From assembly GCA_963920595.1 (NCBI GenBank), contig OY986946.1, positions 5,766,001 to 5,830,000 of the forward strand: a stretch of DNA of 64,000 bases. The letters run 5' to 3'. The stretch is from Eimeria praecox. Lineage: Eukaryota. The position numbers and the translations under genes are program-made. A model generated the notes under the pieces. The model saw nothing but the letters and a program-made list of their open reading frames with translations. It searched no databases and was not told the origin of the DNA. Shown here in pieces: positions 22,925 through 59,860 of the stretch (positions within the stretch are counted from its first letter, which is position 1; every line of letters starts with the position of its first letter).

Positions 22925-23120
22925 TCTCTGATATAATTCTATAAACATCTACTAACAATAATACGATTCTTTGTTTATATTTTTATATATTTTATCTAAA
23001 TTATATATTAATAAATAGACAATAAGACCATTACACTAATTAATTAAATAAATAAATAAATAAATAAATAAAACAAGTTTAACGCAAATTAATTAAAAAA
23101 AATATAAATATTATATTTAA

Positions 23121-24666
23121 TTATTTTTTCTGCTGTCTCCTTCGCCCCACACCTGTCAAATCCCATATCCTATTATTATCATTTTCTTTATTGTTTTCAA
23201 TATTTGTTTGTTTATGTAGAACGTCGATATTATTATTTATTGTATCTTTATTATTATCTAATTTATTATTTATTTTATTTGTTTCTTTATAAGATACAGA
23301 TAAGCCTACAGGTCTTCGGGTGTATGTACGTTTTAATATAGTTTGTATTTTTTTTTCTACATGTTTTTGTTGTTGTAATAAATTTATATTTGGGGTGTAT
23401 GATGAGATTTTTGCTTGTTTGTTTTTATTTGTTTTATTTGTTTTCTCTTCTTCATTAATAAATACATTAATAGAAGAAGATATATCTTCTTCTAAATTCA
23501 ATTTACGCTCGTTTGTCTCTCTTTGTAATTGTTTTATTGTTACGAATGCTTTCAACACACTCTGTAAACCCCCAGGACGCCACGGAGCAAAGTAAGCATC
23601 ATGCCACTTATAATACAGTCTAAATAACACACAAATAAAACAAACACAAATAAATATTAATAAATATTAATAAATATTAATAAATATTAATAAATGGAAA
23701 TAAATATTAATAAATATTAATAAATATTAATAAATAAAAATAGATATAAATATATATAAATAAATACAAATACATAGAAACATATAGAAACAAATAGAAA
23801 CAAGTAGAAACAAATAGAAACAAATAGAAATATATAGAAACAAATAAAAATAAATATTTATAAACATGAATAAATATAAACAAATATAAACAAATATAAA
23901 CGAATAGACGCAAATAGAAACAAATATAAGAAAAACAAAAAAAACATTAAAAACACAAAAATATATACATGCATGCAGCCAACAAACACCAACAGAAAAA
24001 CAACTTATATTTCCATGTACAGACACCCCAGCATGCAGGAGCAACAGCAGCAGCAGCAGCAAATACGGCAGCAGCAGCAAATACAGCAGCAGCAGCAGCA
24101 CCAAATACAGCAGCAGCAGCAGCAGCAACTGCAGCAGCAGCAGCAACAACAGCTGAATTGGTTGATAGTTATGCTCAGGACTTCAAGGACGTAAATAGAA
24201 ATATTTAAAATAGAAGATAACAAAAGAAAAGATATAAGATAAAGAAAAGATATTAATATAATATAATATAATATAATATAATATAATATAATATAATATA
24301 ATATAATATATAATATAATATAATATAATATAATATAATATAATATAATATAATATAATATAATATAATATAATATAATATAATATAATATAATATAATA
24401 TAATATAATATAATATAATATAATATAATATAATATAATATAATATAATATAATATAATATAATATAATATATATATATATATATATAAACATACTTTCT
24501 AGTGCTTCTTCTAAACAGAGAACGAGGCACCAGAATTTGTTCCCTCGCATCTTCTTGTATATCTTCTAAGTTTATATTTTTTTCTTTTAAATAATTTACA
24601 CGTCTTGCTCTTATTCTTCTAGCACATACAACAGCAGCATATTCTAATATCTGCTGTTTACGAAGC

Positions 24667-24697
<31 letters not shown>

Positions 24698-25058
24698 CTC
24701 TGAAGTGTATGTACACCTCTTCAAGATCCTCCCAAGACACCCCAACGACTCCTCCGTATTTCCACAGTTCTTCGAGACGAAGACGATTTAATCGAAGCTG
24801 CAAAGAACGCAGATTAGAAGGACAGTCTAGATATCTACCTGAGCTTCCTCCTCCTGCTGCTGCTGCTGCTGCTGCTGTTTCTGCTGCTGCTGTTTCTGCT
24901 GCTGCTGTTGTTGTTGTTGTTGCTGTTGTTGTTGTTGCTGCAGGATCAGCAGCAGCAGCAGCAGAAGAAGAAGAAGGAGGAGAAGAAGGAGAGGCTGTTG
25001 TTGATTTAGAGTCTTCTTCTTCTCTTGCTTCTGCTGCTGCTGCTGCTGCTGCTGGTGT

Positions 25059-25089
<31 letters not shown>

Positions 25090-26006
25090 AGAGTACATGT
25101 AAAGGGCTGCAAGCGATGATTATGTAATAGAGGATTTGGCCATAGAATATTTGGCTCGGGGTAATTAAGAAATTTATCTTCTCCTGTTTCTTTGTTTAGA
25201 CGCTCGTCACAACACCAACGAGAAGCTTCTGTGTACACTCTGCTGCTGTCCTCTGCCTCTCCTGCTCCTGCTGCTGCTGCTGCTGCTCCTGCTGCTCCTG
25301 CTGCTGCTGCTGCTGCTCCTGCTGCTCCTGCTGCTGCTGCTCCTGCTGCTGGTGCTGCTGCTGCTGATGGTGGTGGTTGTGATGATGCTTGAGAGGCTGC
25401 AGCGCGAGAACGATGCGAATTCAGAAGAGTGTTAACAACTTGTTGTATTTGCTCAGGACTTAGGTCTTCAGGATCTGCGGTGTACGGGAAAGGATGCGGG
25501 TTAGTAAACACAAATTCTCGAAGAGCGGGAGGGCAATCGCTGAGATCTCCTGCAGATATATCATCAATGTTGAATCCTTCTTCTTCTTCTTCTTCTTCTT
25601 CTTTTTCTTCTTCTGTTTCTTTCTCTTCTTCTTCTTCTTCTTCTTCTTCTTTTTCTTCTACTACTACTACATTTTCTTGGGTTTCTGTACAACTCGGTGT
25701 TTTTGGTTTCGGAGATACGATATTTTCTTGTGTGGTATTTGTTGTTATATTTTCTTCTTTTTCTTCTTCTTTAGAATCAAATGAAAGATTAGATGATGTT
25801 GTCGAAGTAGAGAAACCCCGAGTTGTATGATGATGTAAGCAGAAGCAGCACTGAGATCGAAACCGCAACGATGAGGAGGGGAAAGCGAGTTTTTGTTTTG
25901 AATTTGAATGATAAATAGAGAAAGAAATGTTTGGAAAGGAAGAATACATAAATTGATTTCGTAGTTTTTCTAAATTTCGAAGGAATCCTCCTAGTTGAGC
26001 CGCCAT
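23121..26006 (-). CDS. Conserved-looking hypothetical protein with a probable mitochondrial presequence, 2 exons
   Basis: Exon 26006-24496 (gtatgt donor, phase 2) joins exon 23619-23121 in frame (RRSTRK|LYYKWHDAYFAPWRPGGL). The N-terminus is Arg/Ser/Phe-rich, acid-poor and ends in RGFST. Ordered blocks FLNYPEPNILWPNPLLHNHRLQP and LEELWKYGGVVGVSWEDLEEVY lie between poly-Ala tracts. Confidence 0.75.
24254..24470. repeat. (ATAAT)n intronic pentamer microsatellite; also 41285-41620 with ATACA variants
   Basis: Read directly from the sequence; it produces the spurious YYIIL ORFs in the track. Confidence 0.95.
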
Positions 26007-27634
26007 GATGATTATAAGCTGAGGTGTACATACACTCGAAATGAAGGCAGCCGACTTGATGAGAAGAAACTTTCAGGAAACATCATGGAATATACATCTT
26101 AAACCTTCAAAACCCTAAACCCTAAACCCTAAACCCTAAACCCTAAACCCTAAACCCTAAACAACATTAATATGGCTTTTCTACTTTATCTCTCTGTTCT
26201 TATATAATCTTTCTGTTCACAAGAGTTCTAGAGGAAACCTCTGAAGAAAATCTAGATCAATCCCTGCAAATTATAAAAGAAATAAACTTATTTTAATATA
26301 ATAAAACAAATTAAATACAAATATAAATAAATATATATATATTTTACGATATTAATAATTAATTACAAGGCACAGCTACATAACAACAAGAAACCTCAAC
26401 TCTTCTGCATGCATGCAGCTTTCTATGGTTTTCTCTGTCTAGCCCCGTCGTCGCATGCAAATATCCCCGAAAAATAATAAAAAATCTATAAAAAAGAAGA
26501 AATATATTTAAAAATATTTTTATATTTAAATGTACACACAATTTCCTTCAATCAAACGAAATAGAATTGATAATATATATAATTTGTAGTCCTCGCAGGA
26601 GCATCACCGTTTTCGATGTTTGCTTCATATTATAAAATAATATAATATATAATAAAATAGTATAAAAACCATATTTTTTGTATTTTCTCTTCTTATAATT
26701 ATAATTACTAGGTCTTTATGTGGCTCGCTTCTACATTCTTTTATCTCTTATCACTAAACCTCAGCTTCCCCCCTTCTGCATGCATACATAGCTCTAGGGT
26801 TTAGGGTTTAGGGTTTAGGGTTTTATATGCAGCAGATCTGCTGCTGCATGCAGCTACACTAATAATAATAATAATAATAATAATAATATATAATAATATA
26901 TAATAATATATGATAATATATTATAATATATTATAATATATTATAATATATAATAATATATAATATATATATTATTGACGTCGACGCTTCAGCGAGGGAT
27001 ACAAATTAAATGAAATTAAATATATTACAAATAATAATATTAATAATAATATTATAATATAATATTATTATTATATATATAATAATATAATAATATAAGT
27101 GTTTTTTAAATACATTTCTTCTCTTTCTCCAGACTAATAATAATTAACAGCCCCAAATCCAACACAAAAACATTCTCTTCTTTCTTTATACATGCATGCA
27201 TGCATGCATGCAGTAGCTAGAGGATATAATAATATTTGGGGCTGGTTTTTATATTCTATAAAAATTATATTTTTTAGACAACTTTGCAACATACAGCTCA
27301 GAGAGTAGAAGTATTAATTGCTGCATTTGTTGCTGTTGTTTTCATGTATTTGTTTATATATTTGTTATTTATTTATTTATTTATTTTATTGCTTATTTAT
27401 TTACTTTATTATTTATTTATTTTATTTTCTGTTTATTCTATTTTTTATTTATTTTATTAGTTATTTGTTTGTGGGGGAGTCCCTCAACCGTAGCCTTCGC
27501 TGTCTCCTCGTAATTTTATTTGTATAACAATAATAATAATTATTATAATAATTTCTAATATATTATTATTATTATTATTATAAACATTATAATATCTTTT
27601 GTCTTTTTCTACTAGTATTAAATGAGGAAGACCG

Positions 27635-27701
<67 letters not shown>

Positions 27702-27879
27702 TATATGTAACGCATGCAGCAGCAATTCTGCTGCAGCTTCATACATTATGACGATAATACAATTATTATATTACTACAGCAATATAATATAATAATTATA
27801 TTATATATATAAAATAATATAATGCAATTATTAAGCTATACCTATCTATATATCTATATAGATATAAAGATATATAGAT

Positions 27880-27892
27880 ATATATGTATCTC

Positions 27893-27963
<71 letters not shown>

Positions 27964-28098
27964 GTATGTATATCTATATACCTATATATCTATGTATCTA
28001 CGTATCTATATATCTATATCTATATCTATATCTATATCTATATCTATATCTATATCTATATCTATATCTATATCTATATCTATATCTATATCTATATC

Positions 28099-28133
<35 letters not shown>

Positions 28134-28415
28134 CTATATCTATATCTATATCTATATCTATATCTATATCTATATCTATATCTATATATCTATATCTATA
28201 TCTATATCTATATCTATATCTATATCTATATCTATATCTATATCTATATCTATATCTATATCTATATCTATATCTATATCTATATCTATATCTATATCTA
28301 TATCTATATCTATATCTATATCTATATCTATATCTATATCTATATCTATATCTATATCTATATCTATATATCTATATATGCAATATATCTATACCTATAC
28401 CTAACTGTCTCTGTG

Positions 28416-28454
<39 letters not shown>

Positions 28455-28480
28455 GTATATATATATATATATATACATGA
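27880..28480. repeat. Compound microsatellite (CT)n-(TA)n-(TATATC)n-(TATATG)n-(CTAT)n; similar blocks at 21885-22125, 32650-33170 and 49880-50045
   Basis: Read directly from the sequence. Confidence 0.95.
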
Positions 28481-28710
28481 CGATTTGATATAATAGAAGA
28501 TAAAGTAGAGCATAAAAACAAAGCATAAGAACGAGCAAAAAGACCAAGAAAAAAAAATAAAAAAATAAAAAATAAAAAATAAAAAATAAAAAATAAAAAA
28601 AATAGAAAATAATAAAAAAAGAAAGAAAGAGTTTCAGAAGATAAACTAAAAGACGAATAAGAGAAAGAAGAATATTAATAAAATAAATAATAAAATATAT
28701 TTAATTATAT

Positions 28711-38463
<9,753 letters not shown>

Positions 38464-39621
38464 ATTAGTGCTACAGGAAGGAGGACAGATAGGGTTTAGG
38501 GTTTAGGGTTTAGGGTTTAGGGTTTAGGGTTTAGGGTTTAGGGTTTGGAGAAGTTGAGTCATTTCGGATACGAAAGATATATATAGCGATAACGCCAGAA
38601 ATTAGGGTTTAGGGTTTAGGGTTTAGGGTTTAGGGTTTAGGGTTTAGGGTTTAGGGTTTAGGGTTTATAGGGATCTGATGCTGCGGTTCTTAACAAGTTA
38701 ATTGGCTCAATTTAAATAAAAAAAAGAAGAAAATAATATAAGGAAGAAAATATTCAAAGATATTATCAACAAAGATATAATAAAAACAAACACAAGGGGG
38801 GCCCCTAAACCCTTCTCCTTCCCCCTCCCCCCCCCGCACTCCTGGGGATACAATCAAACCCTCGTAAATATTTAAAAATATATTATTGCGATAATTAAAA
38901 TTATATTTATATTAAATTCAATAAAAAACACTACAAGCATATCGATTCTTACCATCCATATCGATAGGGTACAGCCTAGTCTTCGGGGCCCTGGGGGGCC
39001 CCCTTGGGGGGCCCCCCAGGGGGGCCCCCCTAGGGGGCCCCCTTAGAGGGGCCCCCTTAGAGGGGCCCCCCTAGGGGCCCCCGGGCTTGATGGCTGTGGG
39101 CTTAACGTTTGTTTGGCTTTTACTGTTCAAATAATATATATATTTTTTATTATATTTTGTTTTTTATAAAGCTGAAAGGGTTTTTAGGTTGATGCCTACC
39201 ACTGAGGAGGGCTGCTAGGGTTTAGGGTTTAGGGTTTAGGGTTTAGGGTTTAGGGTTTTGTGTATCGATACTGCTTTGGGATTGAGAATGCTTCTGTACA
39301 TGACCTTAGGGTTTAGGGTTTAGGGTTTAGGGTTTAGGGTTTAGGGTTTAGGGTTTAGGGTTTAGGGTTTAGGGTTTAGGGTTTAGGGTTTAGGGTTTAG
39401 GGTTTAGGGTTTAGGGTTTAGGGTTTTATTGTTTAATATATCTTTGGGACTAAGTCTGAGGACAGTTAGACTCTCCCTTTTCTTTTTTTTCTGTATTTAT
39501 TTTAATATTATTATTAATATATTATATATTATAATATAATATAATATAATATTATTATATTATAATATAATATAATATTATTATATTATATTATTATATT
39601 TAATTAATATACAACAAACTC
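38464..39621. promoter_or_regulatory. Probable bidirectional promoter and 5' UTR region between divergent genes, with four (TTTAGGG)n arrays and a GGGGCCCC cluster
   Basis: Head-to-head ATGs at 38463 (-) and 39622 (+). Arrays at 38491-38547, 38603-38667, 39217-39258 and 39306-39424. G/C-run cluster at 38985-39085. Confidence 0.55.
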
Positions 39622-44768
<5,147 letters not shown>

Positions 44769-44864
44769 TAAAGAAGAAATAGAAAGAGTATGTTAATCTT
44801 GTTTTATTTTATTTTATATTTAGTTTTTAGTGTTTTTATTATATTATAGTTCTAATAACTCTAG

Positions 44865-44928
<64 letters not shown>

Positions 44929-45344
44929 GTAATAACTCTAGTTATATATAGATATCGAGTATGTTAATCTTGTTTTATTTTATTTTATAATTATTTTTTA
45001 TTGTTTTATTTATATAATAATTGTAATTGCTCTAATTATATACTTGTTTTTATTATTATTATACAAGCTATGTATTAGTATTATCGAGTTTGTATGAAAA
45101 GACCTGTAGTGTGGGGCTGTTGGTGTTGTTCTAAATAAGAAAGTTAATCTAATTAATATATTCTACAAATATATACTTTCAATATATCACATTGTTTATA
45201 CATGCATGTACTTAGTATAAATTTCTTTATAAATAAGTAAATATAATATATTTATTTTTCTATTTATTTATTTATGTATCTATTTTATCTATATTTTATC
45301 TATTTATTTATTTATTTATTCATTTATTTATTTATTTATTTAAT

Positions 45345-45375
<31 letters not shown>

Positions 45376-45763
45376 TCTATTTATTTATTTAATTTATTTA
45401 TTTATTTATTTATCTATTTACATGGTCATCACAGAGCGTTTTTGTAACAAGTGTCTGAACTGTTGTTTTCTTCTTTTCTTTTCTTTTTTATGTTTTAACA
45501 TAATACAGAAAAAGAAAGAAAGAAGAAGAAAGGAGGAGACAGAGACGAAGATAACAGAAGAAGCAAACAACAATGTTAGTACAGGAGAAGGATAAACCCC
45601 ATAAGAAATATATCTAAAGAAGAAGAAGAAGAAGAAATCTTATTCTTTTAAATGATGAGAGAAGTAGAAAGAAGATGTGGCGTGATGTTTATAATAGATT
45701 GTTTAGTTTTATTGTTTTAGGGCTTAGAGCTCCTCTATTAAGGAGGATTACAACAAGGTAATA

Positions 45764-45816
<53 letters not shown>

Positions 45817-46116
45817 CGTGTCTGCATGCATGCATGCATTTATTAAATTTAAATAGAAAACAAACAAACAAGAGAGGCAGATAGCTGTTGAGCCTCCTAT
45901 ATACAATTAATTTATGTTATGGAGACTGCAATAACAGCATCATCATCATCATCTTGCTGGAAACAGATATATAAAAATTATTAAATGTTTTAGATTAAAA
46001 GAAAATGAAAAGAATTAGAATAGTTGTAAAGATAGAGAATAAAGATTATTTCAATACTTTTGTAGCTTGTTTTTACTACATAATAGACAACATAGGGAGA
46101 GGAGAGAGATTATTAA

Positions 46117-46160
<44 letters not shown>

Positions 46161-46796
46161 GTGTTAGTTAATATATACTTTCTCTTTTTGTTTGTGTTGT
46201 TATGAAATGAGAGATACAATTAAATATGTATTTAGTCCTACTCTGCTGTTTTTCTCTTATTTTTCATCTCTTTGTATTTACTGCATTTAAACGATTGTGT
46301 TTCTGAAATGTGTTATATATATATAACATCTTTTTCGTTGATTTAATTTATTTAACGAGACAAACTACTACAAGCTCACTACAAACTCCTCTTGTATACA
46401 GTTCAAGCAACAAGATTTCAAGCCTGTTGTTGTTTATAATAAGATAATATTTATTTATTTCTTCTCTATAAATAACAGTCTTTCTCAATAACTCGCATTA
46501 ACAGAAAAAGATTACAAAAGATATCTGCATGCAATCCCATGAAGGGAACATGAGATGAAGGCGACAGAAAATTTTTTTATCTCGCCGCCATTATTACTAC
46601 TACAATTAAAATATTAAATAATAAAATAATTAAACAATAAATCGAATTCACAAAACTATAAACAAATGTTCTTAACACTGTTAATCGTCAACAAACACAA
46701 GAAAATCCTGTGCTATCATTCAAATCATCCATGTTTGAACAGATCTTTTAGACCAGGAAACCTACGAAAATATTACGAAATATATTAAACTATTTA

Positions 46797-56605
<9,809 letters not shown>

Positions 56606-58703
56606 TTTAAAAACTTTTCAACTGAAAAAACAAACAACACCACAACAGAAGATTCGAACAGGAAAGATCAACCAGTGTTTGCCTTCACGTATTCTCTACC
56701 CTGCACGTCGCTACTATTGCAGAGAGCCATCGGTGCGGAGGCGGCTATCAGCTTTGTTGTATAAATTCAAACTGGATATTCGTCTACTCACTTATATTTC
56801 TTCCTGTAATTCTCTGGTTCAGAAGATGTTGATGAAAAACGCAAAGACCTTGCCGCCGGGCGCAGGAGAACCGATCCCGAGCACCGTCGGGCAGCAGTAA
56901 GTATGCTCTCCTGCGCCGAAGTCTTAAAAGCCGTGTCTAGAAAAACACGAGCACATAATTTAAAAACCTATTTCGTGGTATTTCAGTAGGAGAAACGATG
57001 GCGTTTAGCACGAGAAAAGAATTACTGGAAGCGCAGGTCCGGGCTCTCCACCGGTGAGGCCCTGCACCACTGCAAACAAAACAGCGCACTCAAAACCCTC
57101 CCTAGGCCAGTGAAGCCCACCCTTTGCCTCCATACAATAAAAATTTAAAAAGAGGAAATGTTCCTTTGCTGTTGAAAGAAGTCGGAGGGGTAGGGAGAAA
57201 CCTGTACTCACCGCGTCTAATCCGCCGACACCCGCAGCCGGCAAGATGCTGTTCGTAGCCACAGCAGTCACCACTCCCAAATACCCTACCTTTTCCTAAA
57301 CGAATTAAAACATTAACCATCAACTAAAACACAATGTAATTCACAGATTCCCACGGCTCAGAAACGCCGCTTCCTCTCCAAATACTGTGGGATTCGGCCG
57401 CGTCGGGGCCTGTCGAACGCGCAAGCCCCTGTGTCGGTGGTCTGCGACTTCTGAGTGGCTACTCTTCTTCCTTGTTGCAACTCTTATCTATTAAACTTTA
57501 GACTATTTTTACTCTTATTTCTGTAGAAGTAATGCGAAGGTTTCAGGGAGGCCGTGCCACCATGTAGGCGGCCTTCTCGCTGGTCCGTGCAGCAGACCGA
57601 TCCAAAGCACGACGAAGCACAGCAGAAATCATCTTTCAAGTGTGTTCTGAGATACAGAAAAACACTATAAGTTATTTTATGGCCCTCTCAGGACACTTTA
57701 TGTTGTTTTTATTCTAAGATCACTCGCAAACGAACTCCTCCTCCCCCTGTTGCTTTACTGTAATGTTCAATGTAGCGTCCCTGCTAAACCCTCCTTACCA
57801 TCAGAAGCAAACGAAGAGGCTGCAGAAAGACGGAGTTCTTCTTCGTAAATTCATAAAGAGTACATTAGGATGATGTATAGGTATATTTATTTCAATAAAC
57901 ATTTTATTAGTATCATAATCTTGCACAGACCAGCTGCGCGCCGTCCTTCGCGCGCGCGCACTATGTGTGATGCTGCCGGGATTGCAATACTTCGCAACAG
58001 AAAAGAAAAAAGAGAAAGTTGGAGAATATACTATTTTTAATGGATGAATGAACAATTCTAGTGCTTATGAGGCCAAGCCAGCCTTACTTCATGCGTCTTC
58101 GTGTTCTTTTCGCAGTCAACATGCCCCAATCAGCATTTCAACTGCTTGTAGAATCTATCAAATATATAAGCAGGCATGTCTAGATGCGCAGATTTAAATA
58201 TTTATACGAACGTGCACATACTAAAAACCGCAGAAGTTGTACTTTAACAAGTTAATTTTAGACGGCACCGGCAGGGCATTTCCCATCCTCCTCTCCCTCG
58301 CAGCCTGCAGAGTGTGTCTATCTTCCATCGGCCCTCTCTTGTTTTTGTTGTTCGCACTTCTACTGCAATTGAACGTTCGTTTGAATCCCCTGAACTATTA
58401 AAATCTGTAACAGGGGGGCTGGAGGGGGGTGGGGCGGGGGGGGGGGGGGGTGGCGGGGGGGGGTTATTATTAAACATAAACATGCACAGAACTTAGATCA
58501 ACATCATGCTTGTTCGCACGTGAAGCCATGGCTTGCCGAATCAAGACACCTTGAAGGAGTATGCTACTCGCGAATACGCGATTCATTTTCATGCAAGTAC
58601 GACTACATATCTTGGAATGCAAATGTGCCTCTCCCAGTGGTCTATTTTGCATTGAAACGCCCTTCTAGCTTCCAATGCACGTTTAAATGATCTCTCTCTC
58701 CCT

Positions 58704-58749
<46 letters not shown>

Positions 58750-58861
58750 GAAGTCAGGGCAAGATGATTCTCTGCGCAATGCTGTTCAGGGACGAAGTGC
58801 CTTCTTTCATTCCGTAATTGATTTGCATGGGTAAACTGCGATTATACGCACATGCAAGCGA

Positions 58862-58921
<60 letters not shown>

Positions 58922-59178
58922 TACGCATCTAACCTAGCAGCTAGCAGCACATCTAGAAGGCGTATGAGCCGTTGATCGGGCTCCGTATTCGGTGCAGTAA
59001 ATCTGACAGTGGAGAGCATTGAGTACTTGAGGAAATTGTTTGTATTAGCAGTTCAGCTGTGCGTTTTCAGCGGAATATAAAATAAAACTCTCAAGCCAGA
59101 TAGAGGAGGCATGTCAGTGAATGAAACGCGATTAAACAAGTGAGAATACGTAGACAAAGAGACAGAAAAAACACAGTC

Positions 59179-59860
59179 TTAGGGTGTCAATACATCCTCT
59201 TTTCCAAGGCTGTTAACAGACTCAGAAAGAAGAGCTATTTGCTTGTGTAAGATATCCCCCTCTATCTGACACCATAAACCTCGTTCAATAAACGCTTCAA
59301 CCCGCAGATCTTCGAGGTCTGCTTCCGCCTGTGTACGCAAAGCGCAAACCGAGAAACATTCTTTGGATAGGCAGTGAAGATTTGAGGTTAAAGGCTTCAA
59401 ATGACGCATTTTAAAGAAAGAAGCGGCAGAGCCAGTCCCCCCTGCCAGCAGCCAGTCAACACCTCTGCTGCAGTCAGCTGTACGTGTACCTCATCGATCC
59501 AGCGCAAGTATTCCGCAAGGGAGTCTACGGCTTCATCAGCCTCTTGATGATCACTCTGCTGATCCGAGTTGTTCTCTTTCCTACAGATGAAGAGCAGACA
59601 AAGCCAACAAACATTCAAGAGGAGCTGCGGCTTCTGACGCAGCATATCATCTTGAGGGCAGCTGTAGAAAGACTAAACTCACGGGAAGGGAGCCACACGT
59701 CCTCCATTGATGTGGGTCTTTGCTTCCTTTTCTTGTACGACTGCTGCTCTCAACTCCTTTCTACTCTCCACCCGTTGAGCTGTGTTAGCATCATGCATTG
59801 TTGAGAAGCGCTCTGTCTTCTTCAGGTGTATGTAGCCGCGTTGTTTCCATTTCAACTTGT
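59179..59860 (-). CDS. Hypothetical small acidic/helical protein, last three exons; 5' end unresolved
   Basis: The in-frame spliced product is ...QRVESRKELRAAVVQEKEAKTHINGGRVAPFP (gtgagt donor ~59682) | KENNSDQQSDHQEADEAVDSLAEYLRWIDEVHVQLTAAE | AEADLEDLRVEAFIERGLWCQIEGDILHKQIALLSESVNSLGKEDVLTP*. Acceptors are pyrimidine-rich. Confidence 0.5.

Noticed and set aside
23969..24208. Plus-strand Ala/Gln ORFs nested in the intron of the 26006 gene
   Set aside because: Short, repeat-derived and without supporting gene structure.
27822..28493. Long YI/YL/IS dipeptide ORFs (many similar ones across the window)
   Set aside because: They are (TA)n/(TATATC)n microsatellite artefacts.
39306..39424. Telomeric arrays as a true chromosome end
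   Set aside because: They are short, interstitial and flanked by genes on both sides.
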